From Heptranchias perlo (Eukaryota), in NCBI RefSeq assembly GCF_035084215.1, contig NC_090325.1:51212001-51276000 (forward strand): a DNA stretch of 64,000 nt, given 5' to 3'. The notes under the pieces are model-generated. The model was not told the DNA's origin and did no database searches. It worked only from the letters and a program-made list of their open reading frames with translations. The position numbers and the translations under genes are program-made. Position 1 is the first letter of the stretch; each line of letters opens with the position of its first letter. This document shows positions 13,626 to 27,194 of the stretch, piece by piece.

Positions 13626-14502
13626 GCCCGTAAAGGAAGTTTGCATATCAGAATATTCAACCTCAACGGTTAGGGCATGTAATCTGGCCCGGCAGGACAT
13701 TCTGCAACAATTGCTGCAGATTCTACCCCTACCTGGTGTAGCGCAATTTGCTGTCCAAATGCCAGAATTTTGCACAAAAAGTCCTAGAGGCGATGAAAAA
13801 GCTGGTGTCTGAGCAATAACAAATCACTCGCAGTAACAAATCACTCACCGTGGGCAGATAATCAGCACTTTTGTGATTTCTCAATATCCACTCTTAGCAG
13901 TCGAAGCTTTGTGTTAGGAATGTGCATTTGTAAAAATTATCCTCACAGCTCATTTGTACAAGAGGCTGTTGGGAAGAATCATGTAACTAAGATGGAGTGA
14001 CTGTATTGCCTAAAACACAGTTTCAGATTGAGCCAAGTACGATCGCCAGTTAAACAACTTCTAGGCGGGGAGAAAAGGCTCTGCGGAGGTGTTTTTAGGA
14101 GTAAGATTCACCACAGTTTAATATGAACAGTTGTATTTGTAAAATTGGTCACTTTTAAAATAAATATAAATGCTACCTGTCTCTGGTTAACAGCAGTTCC
14201 CTCAGGTTTTCTTTTGCAGAGGTACAGTACACTATGTGTATACCAAGATAGTCATAGTTTGGGACTGATGGCATCTCCATGCTGTTTATCCATTTTCCTT
14301 AGTGACAAAGCTGTATCCATGTAATTACTAATTTAGTGTTAATGCCGTTACTACTTTAATCTAACAATAAATGTGATTGAATTCCCAATTCAGCCAAAAG
14401 GCAAGAATTACAAATCCAGTTGTGTGGTTGGATAATTTAAATCAAAAACATGGCTATTCAAGTGTAATCACTCTTGATTATTTTTTTTTTCAAACACTTC
14501 AG

Positions 14503-14668
14503 AGGTACAGATCGATGCAGACACTATATGATTGAAATGCAGCCAAATGGGAAGTATGTGATATTGGGAGAGGACAGGGCCCACCCATCACTACCAGACT
14601 TAGTGGAGTATTACAAAACCGTTGGAATTCAACCATTCATGGAAGTCCTTACCATACCTTGTGGGCAG
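14503..14668 (+). CDS. SH2 adaptor gene, C-terminal half of SH2 domain
   Basis: cttcag acceptor, CAG|gtaagt donor, 166 nt. Translates GTDRCRHYMIEMQPNGKYVILGEDRAHPSLPDLVEYYKTVGIQPFMEVLTIPCGQ. Confidence 0.93.
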
Positions 14669-16404
14669 GTAAGTAATTGTTAAAATCTTTGAGGATCATT
14701 CCCCTAATTGTCTTGAGCTAGTTTATAATGTACATGTGGTGCCAGAAGGTATTCTGTGCCAAATCTCTTCTTTTTGCATCACAAAACTGACTATTTAGTA
14801 ATTAGAAAAGAGTAACTGTAACACTAACTTCTAATAATGAGTACAATGACCACCCTGTGTCACCAGATTCCACGTAGATTCTTAATTCGCTTTGTATTCT
14901 TGCCAAGTATTGTTATTGATAGGACACTTTTAAAGTGAGGGTGGTACTGAAAATCTACACTTTTCACTAGTTTGATGAGTTTATGGAGTATTCCATCTAA
15001 TAACCAGTAAACCTTTAGTTCAACTTGACAAGCTGCCTTTCCACATTGGGATTCATACATATTACTTAAAATTCTAACTTCCTTGCATGTGTGTTCCTCA
15101 GCCCCCCTGTGTAAAACCCATGCATGTTCGGGAATAGAGCATGTATAAAGCCTACTTTGTGCACGTAATCGTTTTGGCTCAAATAACTAGTTGAGCTCAT
15201 TACTATCTCTCTTTATTACATTATTAAAGCTTTTATGGGCCTTCAGAAAGTTTCTTTTTAAGCTTTTAATTTTTTTTATAGATGTAATTTTTTTTGTAAA
15301 ATAGAGGGCCCACATGTAATCCTGTTGGACCTGAGTACTGGTTCTTGCCACCTCAGCCAGTTTTCCCCCTTCCCAACTCTCCTCTGATGTTCCTGGGCCT
15401 CTCCGCGATCAGACCTTCACCACCTAGCCTTCTCTATATGCAGACATCATCTTTTCTTCTCTACTTTCCTGGCACTGAGCAGGGAAACAGGCTCTTTGTC
15501 TCTCTCCTCTTGTAAGCAAAGCAAATGCTTTTAAATACAATGTGGGCAAGGGAAAACAGAGAGAAGACAGGAAATGGCGTGGAGAAGTGGAAGAGAAGAC
15601 TTAAAGGATAGTGGAGTTAGGGATGTGAAAGAGCCAGGAAAAGGGAAAAGATCAGGTCGGGAAAGTAGGGTGGGGAGAAAACAGAGAAGATGAAAAGGGG
15701 GATGGGACGGAATCTGGATGGGGCTGGGGCAGGGAAAGTGAGGAGAGGATGCGCTCGCACAAGTATGTGTGTTTTTGGATGTGGACAGCGTTGGGCTCAG
15801 ATAGGATGCCTCCCCCCCGCCCCCCCCCCCCCAAACCCACTGTTGACACTCGTATGGCTGACACATGAAGGATTTAAACTTGGGCAAGATACTGGAAGGC
15901 TGCTGGAACCCATGGAACAAAAACCAAGCCAGTGTCAAAGCTTTTAGAAGAAGGGAGAAAGCTGACAGCTAGAAAGGCAGCACAGTTTCATATGTGGGCT
16001 AGCAGTAAACGTGTACTTCCTTCAAAGAATCTGTCACACCACCACAATACCCAAAAACTGGTGATTATATTTCCCTTTTTTTAACATTGCCTGCAGTTAA
16101 TCAGATTTTTTATTTACTTGTCAGGACTGCAGAGACATAATAAAAATGTGAAAATGCAGCAATGGGCCAATTATAGTTTTTGTGGTTCAGGAAGGGTCCC
16201 ACCTAGTTTTTTGTTCCTCTCTAACATTCACAGCAATGAAGTACTCCATCTAACTAGCTGGGCAAGAACAGTCACAACTCTCCCCTTCAGAGTAGTTAGT
16301 TTGAATGTCAGGCACAGCTAGAATTTTCATTTCTGAACCTCGAGTCCAGGGTTTTACAACTACAGCAAATAGTAAGAAAATTCAAACTAATAATATACCA
16401 AGAA

Positions 16405-16790
16405 AGAACGAACTTGCCTTTGTATAGAGTCTTATATGGTCAAGATGTCCTGAAGTGCTTTATAATCAGCAATGTTCCATAAATAGCAAATGAATGTGTG
16501 GACAGATAATCTGTTTTTGGTCATGCTGGTTGAGGGAAGAATGTTAGCCAGGACAGCAGTAGGGAGCTCGGTGTTCTTTAAGTTGTGCCACAAGATTCTT
16601 TTAAGTGCACTTAAGCTGACAGATGAGACCTCGGTTTAGCATCTCACGTGAAAGGTGGCACCTCTGACAATATAACTCTCCCTGAGTAGTGCACTGAAAG
16701 GTCAGCCTGGATTATGTGCTCAGGACAAGGAGTGGGATTTAAGCCCACAACCTTCTGACTCAGAGGTGAAGGTACTACAAACTGACACTT
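16405..16790 (-). mobile_element. Deu-SINE, diverged
   Basis: CCCACAACCTTCTGACTCAGAGG head and ATGTTAGCCAGGACA core. Confidence 0.75.
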
Positions 16791-16895
16791 AAAATACATT
16801 ACAACACCTATAACACATATACTGTTATTTTAAGTTAGATTACCTTTCTCGTGTTTTAAAGATTGTATAATAATGCAATATTTTTTCCCTCCTAG

Positions 16896-17249
16896 AAATG
16901 TGACAGTAAGACAGATTATGAAGAACTCAGAAACTTTACAATGAAAATCAACCTGCAAGCAAGCACAAATTCTGACATTGTGGCTGATGACTCGATTCAT
17001 GATCGAGTGCACAATGAGCTATCTAAGCTTTTTGTACCACCTGAGTCACAGTTGTCAATGCAGCCTCAAGTGCCACCAGTCATGAGAAAGATCACAGACA
17101 GGAAGCTTCAGGCTGTTGCTTCAGGGGTAACAACTTCAATTAATTCAGAGAATTGGATTGAGGAGGAACATCAAGGAAGCAAACGTACGTTCCCAAGACT
17201 GTACCCATCAATACGTTTAGCAATGAGGGAGATTCAGCAAGTTCATGAG
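16896..17249 (+). CDS. SH2 adaptor gene, post-SH2 exon
   Basis: ccctcctag acceptor, GAG|gtaagc donor, 354 nt open and in phase 0. Translates KCDSKTDYEELRNFTMKIN...PQVPPVMRK...REIQQVHE. Confidence 0.85.
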
Positions 17250-19096
17250 GTAAGCAATTGGATTTCATTATTTCACTTCAGTAATACATTGTGTTCAGTG
17301 CGTAAACTGATTATCACAAAATGCCCTATTACCCTTTGACAGTGTTGATGCAACTTTTTTTCTGAATTCTATGAAATATTTAGTGTTGATCACTCTGGAG
17401 ATATATACTTAATAAATAACACGGGATTTTAGTATTACTAGAAATGGAGAGTAAAAGTAAAGAAGTTGCAGTGTTTTCTTCCATTTTGACTGGTTTTGGC
17501 TAAATTACAAAAGGAATTTAGTTGCAACATCTGGGAAAGAAAGGAGATCTTCTGAAACTGTTGTAACCATTGTATGGTAAAACTGAAATTAGTTGGACGT
17601 ACTGTGAATGACCATAGACCCAATTCAGACCACCTGCAACTGCATTTTAAATTTGAGTTTATCATAGAATTTGAGTTTTTAATAGAAATTAAATTTTATT
17701 AACTTGAAAGAAGTCTTGCAAGAACCCTTTTTATATATCAAATGGTTACAAGTAATTGTGATTAACTTGTTTGATTTTCTTCTACTTGTTTCTGTTGTTT
17801 TATATATTTGCATAGTGAACCTTAATATGACACTGACAGTACCAGCTTATAGGATTTACAGATTCTGGCCATGTTTTTTTTTTGGTCAGCCAGGTGTCTG
17901 GGATGCACAGAAGCCCCATCGTCATATTTAAGGGATTCTAAGCCAGTTTATTGAGATTCACACAGGTGGACTTTCCGTTTGCCCAATATGGAATGCATTC
18001 CTTTTGGGACCGTCCAATTTGCCAGAGCTTAGGCACATATCGTCACAGGCAATTATTATTAATCCCCAAGTGTGTCATGGGGTACAGCTGGAGTTTGGCC
18101 GCCCAATAGTGCAGAACACTGGTAAGGTGCCCTCTGCTTGCCCAACTAGGGCCACACTTATGGCATGAGTTTGCAGGATTATCTGGAACAAAGTAGGAAG
18201 AATCCTAGCTTTAGTAACAGGTCTACCTGAGCAGGTCCCATTAGAGAGTCAGACTGGCTGGTCAATCATTACCAATATTCTGGTATCGAATTGCCAAGCC
18301 TGCAACAGAGGAGTGACTTGATTCTAAATTTCCATTTCTGGGCTCGTCATCTTGGAGACCTTGTTCAGAGTCCCACCTCAAGGAGGTCGGTCAATAGACG
18401 ACTGGCAAGTGCTTGTTTGACCTCTTGCTAGGCGGACAGCAGGTACCAGGAGTTTCTTGCACTTTGTGAGCAGCTCCATTCACCATAAGATGTGTGAATG
18501 TATTGGCATTATTCTCCTGACCACAGCATGGACGAACACTATATCCCATTAAATGTTTGAGCCACCAGGTGCAGAGGATCAGCAGCAGCTGACCGTGTCA
18601 ATTCAGCTTCTTTATATCACTATCAATGACTCGGGGTGTTTCAAGCTCAGTAGTGGGTATGTAATTCTGTTTCCCTGTACCACAGGGCTCAGTAACTCCC
18701 TTAATGGTGTTATCCGTACTCACTCTTTTTAGATAAAAAGATTTTTTTATTTTAAAGAAACTATCTACACGAATGTACTCCCCCTATGGTTGAATAGCCT
18801 ACTAACGCTGACTTTCCAGAGTCATCGATGAAAGATGGCCATTGAGCAAGGTATCTTTGAGTAAGTTCCTGTAGGACCTTACCTGATTGGGTCACCACCA
18901 GCAGGTGATGAGGGGGAAACTCAAGGAACTGTCAACATTAATCCTATTTCTTTTAATTAGTTGATTTACTTTTAAACTGTTCTGCTTGGGCATCTGATTC
19001 TTAAGTAGTTTGAAACTCATTTCCAAAAAAAAATAATTAATAATTAAATGTTTGAAGTTTGGCCTATGGTTAACAGTAAATATTTTGTCTTTATAG

Positions 19097-19219
19097 AAAC
19101 AGCCTGCATTTCACAGCCCTAATAGTGGAGAGGAAGCTGTGCCAGAACTCCCCCCAAAACAGTTTAAGGAGCGTCACAAACCTCGATTATTTGCAACAGA
19201 ATACTACACTAAGAAATAA
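19097..19219 (+). CDS. SH2 adaptor gene, terminal coding exon
   Basis: ttgtctttatag acceptor, phase 0. Translates KQPAFHSPNSGEEAVPELPPKQFKERHKPRLFATEYYTKK* (TAA 19217-19219). AATAAA at 19231 and ATTAAA at 20632 are candidate polyA signals. Confidence 0.75.
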   Translation, partial: KQPAFHSPNSGEEAVPELPPKQFKERHKPRLFATEYYTKK

Positions 19220-20849
19220 ATGGTTTGTAAAATAAAGATTGGAGACGTGTATACTATTGAAGTGCTGATGTTCAGATTACAAGGATGTATGAGCAACAAA
19301 ACAATACAGGTTGTTGACATGTGAACATCTTTTTTTCTTTTGGCATACACATCCATTCTCCCTCATTACCAATGAACTCATGATCAACTCATACCAATAC
19401 TATCTTGCCCATATTCACAATGGGAGGTAAGGAAAGCAACTTGTAGGTATGCTGTAAAGGGAAGGTTTTTAATGATGCACTGTATCACAGTGCTATACCG
19501 ATGGAAATAAGGTGTTTAATTTTTTTGTCTTTTCCTGGAAAGGATTGAATTGCAATAGGAGAGTGCAGTGAGTTTTGATTTCAACAGAGAGGATGTAAGA
19601 AGGAGGAAAGCAAATGCACTGGCATATTTGCAGGTTAGGAAAAGCGAGATAGGAAAATTCAGAGAGAAGTAGTTCATGTTGGGTGCAGAGCTGCACTCAT
19701 GGAGTGCAAACCAGGGTTACAGTGTTGTAGCAGCTCTGCCAATGTCTGATGCAGATCCAAATTGCCGGGGTTGTGTCCACTTTTGTAAATAGCCATTTAG
19801 TGAAACGTGGCTAGTTGTTTGTGGTTGCTGATCATCCTACTGATGATAAAAGCTCATTTTCAATTCTCCATATATTGCCGATATTTAATCACAATTCTGA
19901 AAGCGCCAAAAACATTCTAAACTGGATAAACCCAAAAAGTGAATGCAGCTAATTTCAGTTTCGAATTGCATCTGGTGTATTATTTTACCAAGGGTATGTT
20001 TTCTTCATGTTCTCCCGATATATAATTTATCTCCTGCTGATATTATTGATTGATTTCAAATACATGCAGGGTTGTCGATCATAAGATTTATAACTACAAA
20101 CAAAGACATTTATTTAGCGTCTTATGGAGTCTGAGTTAATTTTTTACCTGGAGCTTTGTACTGTCACTGAACTGCAAAAGGAAGCCACTGATATCACTTG
20201 GGTTCTAATGGCACTGACTAGTGGAGTTGGCACAGATTCTGTGGAATTACAGGAATGTTACAATTTGCACAATTGTCTTTCAGGCTGAAGATTGGGATTA
20301 TATGTCCACATGTAGCTGAAGAGAGATGATTACTTTCCTCATGTTTACTGCTGCAAAAAGGATTCTTTCTATTTCTCCATAGGAACAAAATATTTACCAA
20401 GTCTCTCTGCACCTGTGTGTGCTGGGTACTGTGTCCAAGGAGTATTTTGTGCAGTTTTTTTTAAGTAGTGTTTTCTTGTTACAAAGTATTAACAATAATC
20501 TGCAAAAAGCTGCTCATTACTAAGAAATGTTATATTTTTCACTCCTTATATGTACTGTATATAGTGTTTTTGGACTTTATTGATCTGTTCTTAAATGTGT
20601 ATGCAGGGAAATAGTTTGTACAATTATCAAAATTAAAAAAATACCAGTATTTGAAAGCTGGTCTTTTGATTCATTACCACACTTTTGAGCAAGTCATTTT
20701 CCTTTGTAGTTTACTGGGAAATTATACAATTAACTTTGTTTCAGTCAAATGTGTTTGTAAATGTACGACTGACTGTGCAAATTTTTACACTTAACTAGTG
20801 AATCTTATGGCATTGATGATGAGTCAGAGGAAATGTTGATTTATAAGTA

Positions 20850-21400
20850 TACACTTGCCCTTAAATCAACTACCTTCTCTGGGAGTCTTATTCCATATAT
20901 CTACAACCCTGTTGGGGAAAGAAGTTTTTATAATCGCCAACCTTGCTTGAAGCTTGGAAATTTTGAGTGTGTCCTTTCTGGGGCAATCAAGAGCTACTGA
21001 AAAGGTAGATTATAACACAGCATATGTGAGATCAGGTGGGTCATTCGGGCGATGCATAGAAGTTACAACACTGAAACTGGCCATTCCACCCAGCCAGTCC
21101 ATGTTTGCATTTACCCTCCACATGAGTAAATAGTCCGAATCACATTTACCCGCCCTGTTCCCACATCTCTTTAACCCTTTTTCTTTCTTCGACCTATCCA
21201 GTCTAATCTTGAATGTTGACATCGTATTTGCCTCTAACCCTGGAAGTGAATTCCACATCCTCAGATCTGTGTAAAGGAGTTTCTCTTGTTCTCTGTTCCA
21301 AATCTCTTGAATTTAATCTTGTATGTATAGCCCCTTGTCCTAGACCCCTCAACCACTGGAAAAATCTGCTTCCATCTATCTCTCCCAACTTTTCATACCC
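20850..21400 (-). mobile_element. CR1 3' fragments
   Basis: WNSLP motif and a CR1-type 3' UTR on the minus strand. Confidence 0.65.
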
Positions 21401-22108
21401 TAAACCACTTTGTCATTCACTAAAGTTTGTTGTTCATTGTGATCAAAAAGATTCCTCTGGGCTTGTGCAAGTGACTGACAAGTCCACTGCACTCCAGCAA
21501 ACCTGTGAGGGCATCCTCTGGGTCGGAGTTGGTGTTTGAGCCAGCAAGCTGTTGCCAGAATCCATCTGCATGGTGTTCATAAAAATTAATAGAGCTTGAC
21601 TATGGTATAGTTAGATGGCCTTATGACACCAGTTCAGTGGAAGGAACAGGACCCTGCATGGTGTAGCCTGGCTAAAGATAGGGCAGCAGGCATGAACGGT
21701 GTTCTTAAAAGTTGATCTAGGTGAGAAGGAAGGGAATGACCATGGTGTTGGTCCAGGAGCCACTGGCTTACCTTAGAGCTGCCCTTCTTGGCCTAGTGAA
21801 TATATTCCATAGCGCAATTATGATTTCTATTAACGAGATTGCAATTCTAGTGAGCCCAAAAACTACTGAGGAACCTCATTAATATCACCAGTTCTTAAAA
21901 GCAATATACTGTAGTTTAATAGATTTTTACCAGGATGTATGAACCCAGATATGTGTATAGGTGAGATTATCTGAACTTAATATCTCGAAAGATCATCCAT
22001 CTTATTCGATGTTTCCATCAGTGGTCTGTTGGATGGCATTATACTATATTTATCTGAAGTCTGTTTCAGGCACTAAGGTATTATGGCACTTTTCTTTTTG
22101 GAAATGAT

Positions 22109-22858
22109 GGTCCCAATAGTTACGAGGAGCGGGGAATGCGATAGCAGGGGGAAACCTGGAAATCCCAGGGACGTGGAGGCCCTACTAAATTTAACTGCAG
22201 GACCTCTATCATTTTTTTATTCCATTTCCCACCTGGCAGCCAGCTAGATTGACAGCCTGGCCAGCTGCCGGATGGGAAAGCCGGGAAAGTGGTAGAAGGC
22301 CGCAGCCGGAGATCCTTGAGAACAGTCCCCGGCAATCAGGAAGATCGCAGGTTGAAGGTGGGGTGGGGTCGGCAGATCACTGGGCATGACTCTCGGGATT
22401 GCGGGTTTTGGGGGGTCCGCAGATCGCAGCAGCGAGAAGAGACCGCGATTGGCAGAAGGTTTGCTTGAGAGGGTGGGGGGGGTGAGGGAGGAGCACTCCT
22501 GCTCCTCCTGGCTCACAAGCAGTGCTCTTTAAAAATCACTTACCTTCTGCAGCGGGCTACTCCCATCTCCATTTAGCTGCTGGGTTTCCCGAGCCCTGGG
22601 AAACGTGGCTGACAACCGTTAAATTTAAATAAGGCTCCCAACTGCACTCGGGGGGCCTGATTTAAATATTAGAATAAAGTGTCCCGCCTCTTCAAGACGG
22701 GACATAGGCATGCCTCGCAATCCGCCGCTGTAGAAATGGCGGAAGGCGGGTATGCGGCAGGTTGGGGTAGCGTTTCACAATTTTTTTTGTTATTTTTAAC
22801 CCCCCTTCCCCGGAGCCCCTCCCTCCCATCGTTGGTGGGGGGGGTTAATATCGACCCC
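22109..22858. mobile_element. Non-autonomous Harbinger-type MITE
   Basis: GAT duplicated on both flanks; ends GGTCCCAATAGTTAC / (rc) GGGGTCGATATTAAC; GC-rich; homologous to 7270-7651 in inverted orientation. Confidence 0.7.
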
Positions 22859-23637
22859 GATGGTTGTTGGCCAACTCACGTGGGGATCTAGTGTGTGCCA
22901 TTTACCACTGTGAGCAATGGGCTAACCAGTATGATATAGTGATGTGTACCAACCAATGCAATATTGTGGCTTTACATGGCCCAAGAGCAGATTATAAAAG
23001 TTATGTTTGGAAGATACAGGGGGCATCTGTTCCAACAAGTCTAACCTGCATGGAAATTCAGAACTAAGTCAACCGTCTGTGGCAGATTCTAATCTGATAC
23101 CTGAAGGGGCAGGTCAGCACTGATGGGAATTGGAAGGATAGACCTGTTGCTGGGGGCTGGGATTCTTTCCACTCGACTCAGGGTATTGCTTTGCAGGTTA
23201 TCTTAACAGGTGCGGTTGTCTTAGCTGGACAAGCAACAGTGAACGTGCTGGTACTCTACTGGTAAACTGCATCCATTTTCAGCTGATTCAAGTTCAGCTG
23301 ATTCAAGTTCAGCTATTCCCCATTGCACACTTGGGGATTTCGAAGTCTGCCAAGCTTCTCTCTGGACTTGGGTGATTGCAGTATGTTCCTGTGGAGGTGG
23401 AGAGTCAGACCTGACTGACCAAACAAAAAATGCTGATTCTTCAAGCTAAATACATTGGTGACCTCAACTTCATCTCTATGTTGCATTATTTTTTTAAAAA
23501 TCTCACATTTCCCCTCCATCTTTTCAGCTGCAAAAAGTTTAATTGCTTGAGCCTTTCTTCATAACTTAGTCCTCTAAAGCCTGAAATCAGCCTGATTATT
23601 CTTGTTTAATTCTGTTTTTTTTAAAAAGGTGAGAACA

Positions 23638-23652
23638 GTGTATGTATGTGTA

Positions 23653-23691
<39 letters not shown>

Positions 23692-23692
23692 G
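23638..23692. repeat. (TA)n/(TATG)n microsatellite
   Basis: Directly visible. Confidence 0.9.
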
Positions 23693-23778
23693 GCTCTTAG
23701 TCTTTAGCAGGCTTTATTGCTTTATAAGACTATGGACCTTGGCTCTTGCAAATGGATGCCTCTGTTCTGATTGTAGTT

Positions 23779-23982
23779 ATGATGTGGAGATGCCGGTGAT
23801 GGACTGGGGTGGACAAATGTAAGGACTTGCACAACACCAGGTTATAGTCCAACAGTTTTATTTTAAATCACAAGCTTTCGGAGCTTACCTCCTTCGTCAC
23901 CTGACGAAGGAGGAAAGCTCCGAAAGCTTGTGATTTAAAATAAAACTGTTGGACTATAACCTGATGTTGTGCAAGTCCTTAC
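23779..23982. mobile_element. Penelope-like palindromic terminal insertion with hammerhead motif
   Basis: Target duplication (C)TGATTGTAGTT; 81-bp inverted arms 23819-23982 with 2 mismatches; TCAC-CTGACGA-A-GGAG-gaaag-CTCC-GAAA-GCTT-GTGA at 23897-23933. Confidence 0.78.
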
Positions 23983-24059
23983 TGATTGTAGTTGTGTACT
24001 GTGTTGCACCACAAGGTGGTGCAGTGCTCTTCTGATTTTCAGTACTGAGCAAACTTCTT

Positions 24060-24245
24060 TAGAACATAAGAAATAGGAGCAGGAGTAGGCCAATCGGCCC
24101 CTCGAGCCTGCTCCGCCATTCAATAAGATCATGGCTGATCTGATCCTAACCTCAAATCTAAATTCATGTCCAGTTTCCTGCCTGCTCCCCGTAACCCCTA
24201 ATTCCCTTTACTTCTAGGAAACTGTCTATTTCTGTTTTAAATTTG
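24060..24245 (-). mobile_element. CR1 3' end
   Basis: AGAACATAAGAAATAGGAGCAGGAGTAGGCC tail. Confidence 0.8.
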
Positions 24246-26692
24246 TAGTCCTAATCTTTGTTGTAAATGTCACTGAATAGACTCAATACTGTGGTTTAGC
24301 ATATTTCAAGAGAATTGTAACTCATACTATTGTTGTTCAACACTATGTACTTTAATCTTGGCCCAACTAAGGCTTTTGAATAGATTGGTTGGAATGCTTA
24401 CTCTTCCAGCAGCACAGTCCATTTGGCCAGCCAATTTATTTTGTTGAGACTTTTTAAAAAGAAAAGCTATTTTTTATGGAACTGTTTTGAGTTTTGGATT
24501 CCAAAATAGTAATGTTGGAGCTAGATTAAGTCCATTCTTTCCCCCTTTTGTTCTTTCCACTTCTGTACCCACTTGCTGAAAGTGCTGGCCCTTCCTGGGC
24601 TAAGTTACAACTTTGGGTTATTTGGCAGTGAAGGCCGCTGCAGCGGAGCCATACTTGTTGGGGTGGCAGAAAACCAAATCACTATTTAAACAAACTAGAA
24701 TTTTTTTTTGTTGCTATTTCTTGTCAGAATATCAAATAAATCACGCAGCTGGGAGAAGACAGGCAGGAGCAACCAGTGGCAGAAACTTAAGATAGGCCCT
24801 AGTAGACAATATATTTACTTAATCCATGAAACATCCAATGAAAAATAGTCATCTGATCATGTACCCCATAAAAAGAGAGACTGCTTTTTTTTAAAAAACA
24901 CACTTTAAATTGACAGTAAAGGCCTATTTTTTTTAAAATCAAAAATGGACATTTCCTGATGTACTGAAAAAATGGTGTGACTACTGCTGATGACAGCAGG
25001 ACAAAAAGCCACAAAGCGTGTGGCTATAAAGAGAGTTTTAAATACACTCAAGCAAGTGAGGGTCAGCTGGGGATTATGCCATGAAATTCTTTAAAGGAAC
25101 ACAGAGAATGATAATACAATGGCAGGCGTCCAGTACACTGAAGGGTATTGGGTGCCTGCTCCCTGGAAAAGAGACCTGCATTGGGCATGTTCTCACTGGA
25201 AAAGGTTGAGGTGATATGGTTGCTGTGTTTAGGATCCTAAAGGGACTAGATAATGTAACAAGTTGCTTTACCTTGTCCAGAATAGTAGAACCAGTGGACA
25301 TGGCCTGCACTTGAAGGGAGCTAAATTTAAAAACTAACCTGAACAAACATTATTTCAGCGAGCGATATAAGTGCTCAAAATTATGAAAGGATGGGACAGC
25401 AAACCTACATTTATTTTAACCTGCATCTTGCCATATTTAAGGTAATAGATAAATATCTGCTACTGCTTCACCAAATTACCTGACCTATATTTAGATACAC
25501 CAGTTCCTCCATTACCAACACAATTTCTCCCACTTCTCTATCATGTGTTCTGCTGTTGGCATCCATACCCTACACATACAGTGGCTATCTCAAAGATGTA
25601 CATGGTCAATAAGCTACCAAATAAACTTTGTTTTTGGTATAATTCGCCAGAGTTTTGTTCAGTGCTGTACAAGAACTTGATTTTTTTCTATGTATTTTTA
25701 ATTTTGGTCTGATCAAGTTTGAGGAATAATCATACATTTTCCAATTACAACACCATGCTCTCATGCACTTTCTAGGATCAATACAACATGGGTTGAATAC
25801 ATTGCAGAGTTTCTTCTATATCGCAGTGATAATATCTGTTGGGCTAAATGCAGTAATGGCATTAAAAATATGACAACAACAAAGCTCACAAATAGGAAAA
25901 AAATGGATAACTCTCATTTGTTTAACTGGGAATGTATTACATTTTCTAGCAGTTAATTTTGAAGCAATGTTAATGGAGACCAGGAGAACTTTGCCTGCAA
26001 TCCTCTTAATGGATAGTGTGTAGTGTGGGGAAATCCAATTTAGTGAAAGGGAAGAGGGATAAAATAGTTTAATAAATGATTGTTATCCTTTTTTATAAAC
26101 ACTCCTGTGGACATCTTCCCTTATTTCCAGATGATGTATGTGAAAATCTTTACTTGTTCAATCTGGACAGTACATCGTGAATCATGTTTGCAGATTTCCA
26201 ACATGCTGCATTGATAGTGGTAACTATACCTGGATGTCTCAGCAAGATCAATGCGTAGGGACAGTGCCTCTATCTAGTAATCAAACTGCATTGTACAGTA
26301 GGAAGAAGAAGAATAATTCTCAAATTTTGTCTGAAGTGTGTACTTTAACGTGCTCTTTCTGTTTGGCCTAATTCATTATTTTAAATTACCTCACATTCTG
26401 TTAAGGTTTTTCTTTCACTCTGAAATATGCTTGTGGACTATTGACATTCAGATGATATTGAATGCCTTAGAAAATTCTAAATTTGGGCAGTTAGACTTCC
26501 TCATTCTTCAAAAATATGCAGGTATATATAATAGAAATGCTGCCTTAAAGAAAGTGATGGCCTCTAAGAATGCGGGCATGGAATTCTTCCTTTGTAGCAA
26601 GAAAATTCATGCAGAGTGGTGCTAGCTGATAAGGTTCTGTTGTGTAGCAGCCAATCTTGATGCCTCTCGTGGGCTTAAATAAAGTTGATGCT

Positions 26693-26714
26693 TCAGATCC
26701 TAATGTGGAAAGTG
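26693..26714 (-). CDS. CIB2/CIB3-like calcium- and integrin-binding protein, last coding exon
   Basis: Minus strand ttttgttttgcaacag|C ACT TTC CAC ATT AGG ATC TGA gives (S)TFHIRI*, the conserved CIB2/CIB3 C-terminus; 22 nt. Confidence 0.93.
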
Positions 26715-27194
26715 CTGTTGCAAAACAAAATTCACATAGAAATTTTATGTTTAACAATTTGGACAGCATAAAATATACCAGCAGCTTACCCAAGAGGAAC
26801 ATAAATGTTTTCCTCTGCCATAATCTATTCACTACCAACCTACATCATCTATGCCAGAATTCACACAAAATTAAACAATGCTGTGAAATTTTACTAATAT
26901 CTCTTAAAATATATATTTTAATAAAAATGTGAGATTGTGTGCTTAAACTACTTTTAAAACATTTAAGACCTGAGAAATAGTTATTTGGAGTTTTTATTTC
27001 AAAGTCCTACTCACTACTTATGTTCCTTCTTCATTTGTTACTTATTTTGTCTGAGCTACTATCTTACAAACTGCCTTCAATTTATCAATGGTTGGTTGAG
27101 GATATGGTGTTGAATTAGGAATAAAACATTGTTCAGACTTGATGGGAGCTCTAAGTGTAAATAGTATTCAAATTGCTGGCAGATTAAACAATAC

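Noticed and set aside
23278-23314. 15-bp tandem TTCAGCTGATTCAAG (about 2.5 copies)
   Set aside because: A short local slippage duplication with no sign of function.
26100-26470. Alternative CIB last exons (DFHIHH..., AFNII*)
   Set aside because: Poor or out-of-phase acceptors; 26693-26714 gives the exact STFHIRI* ending.
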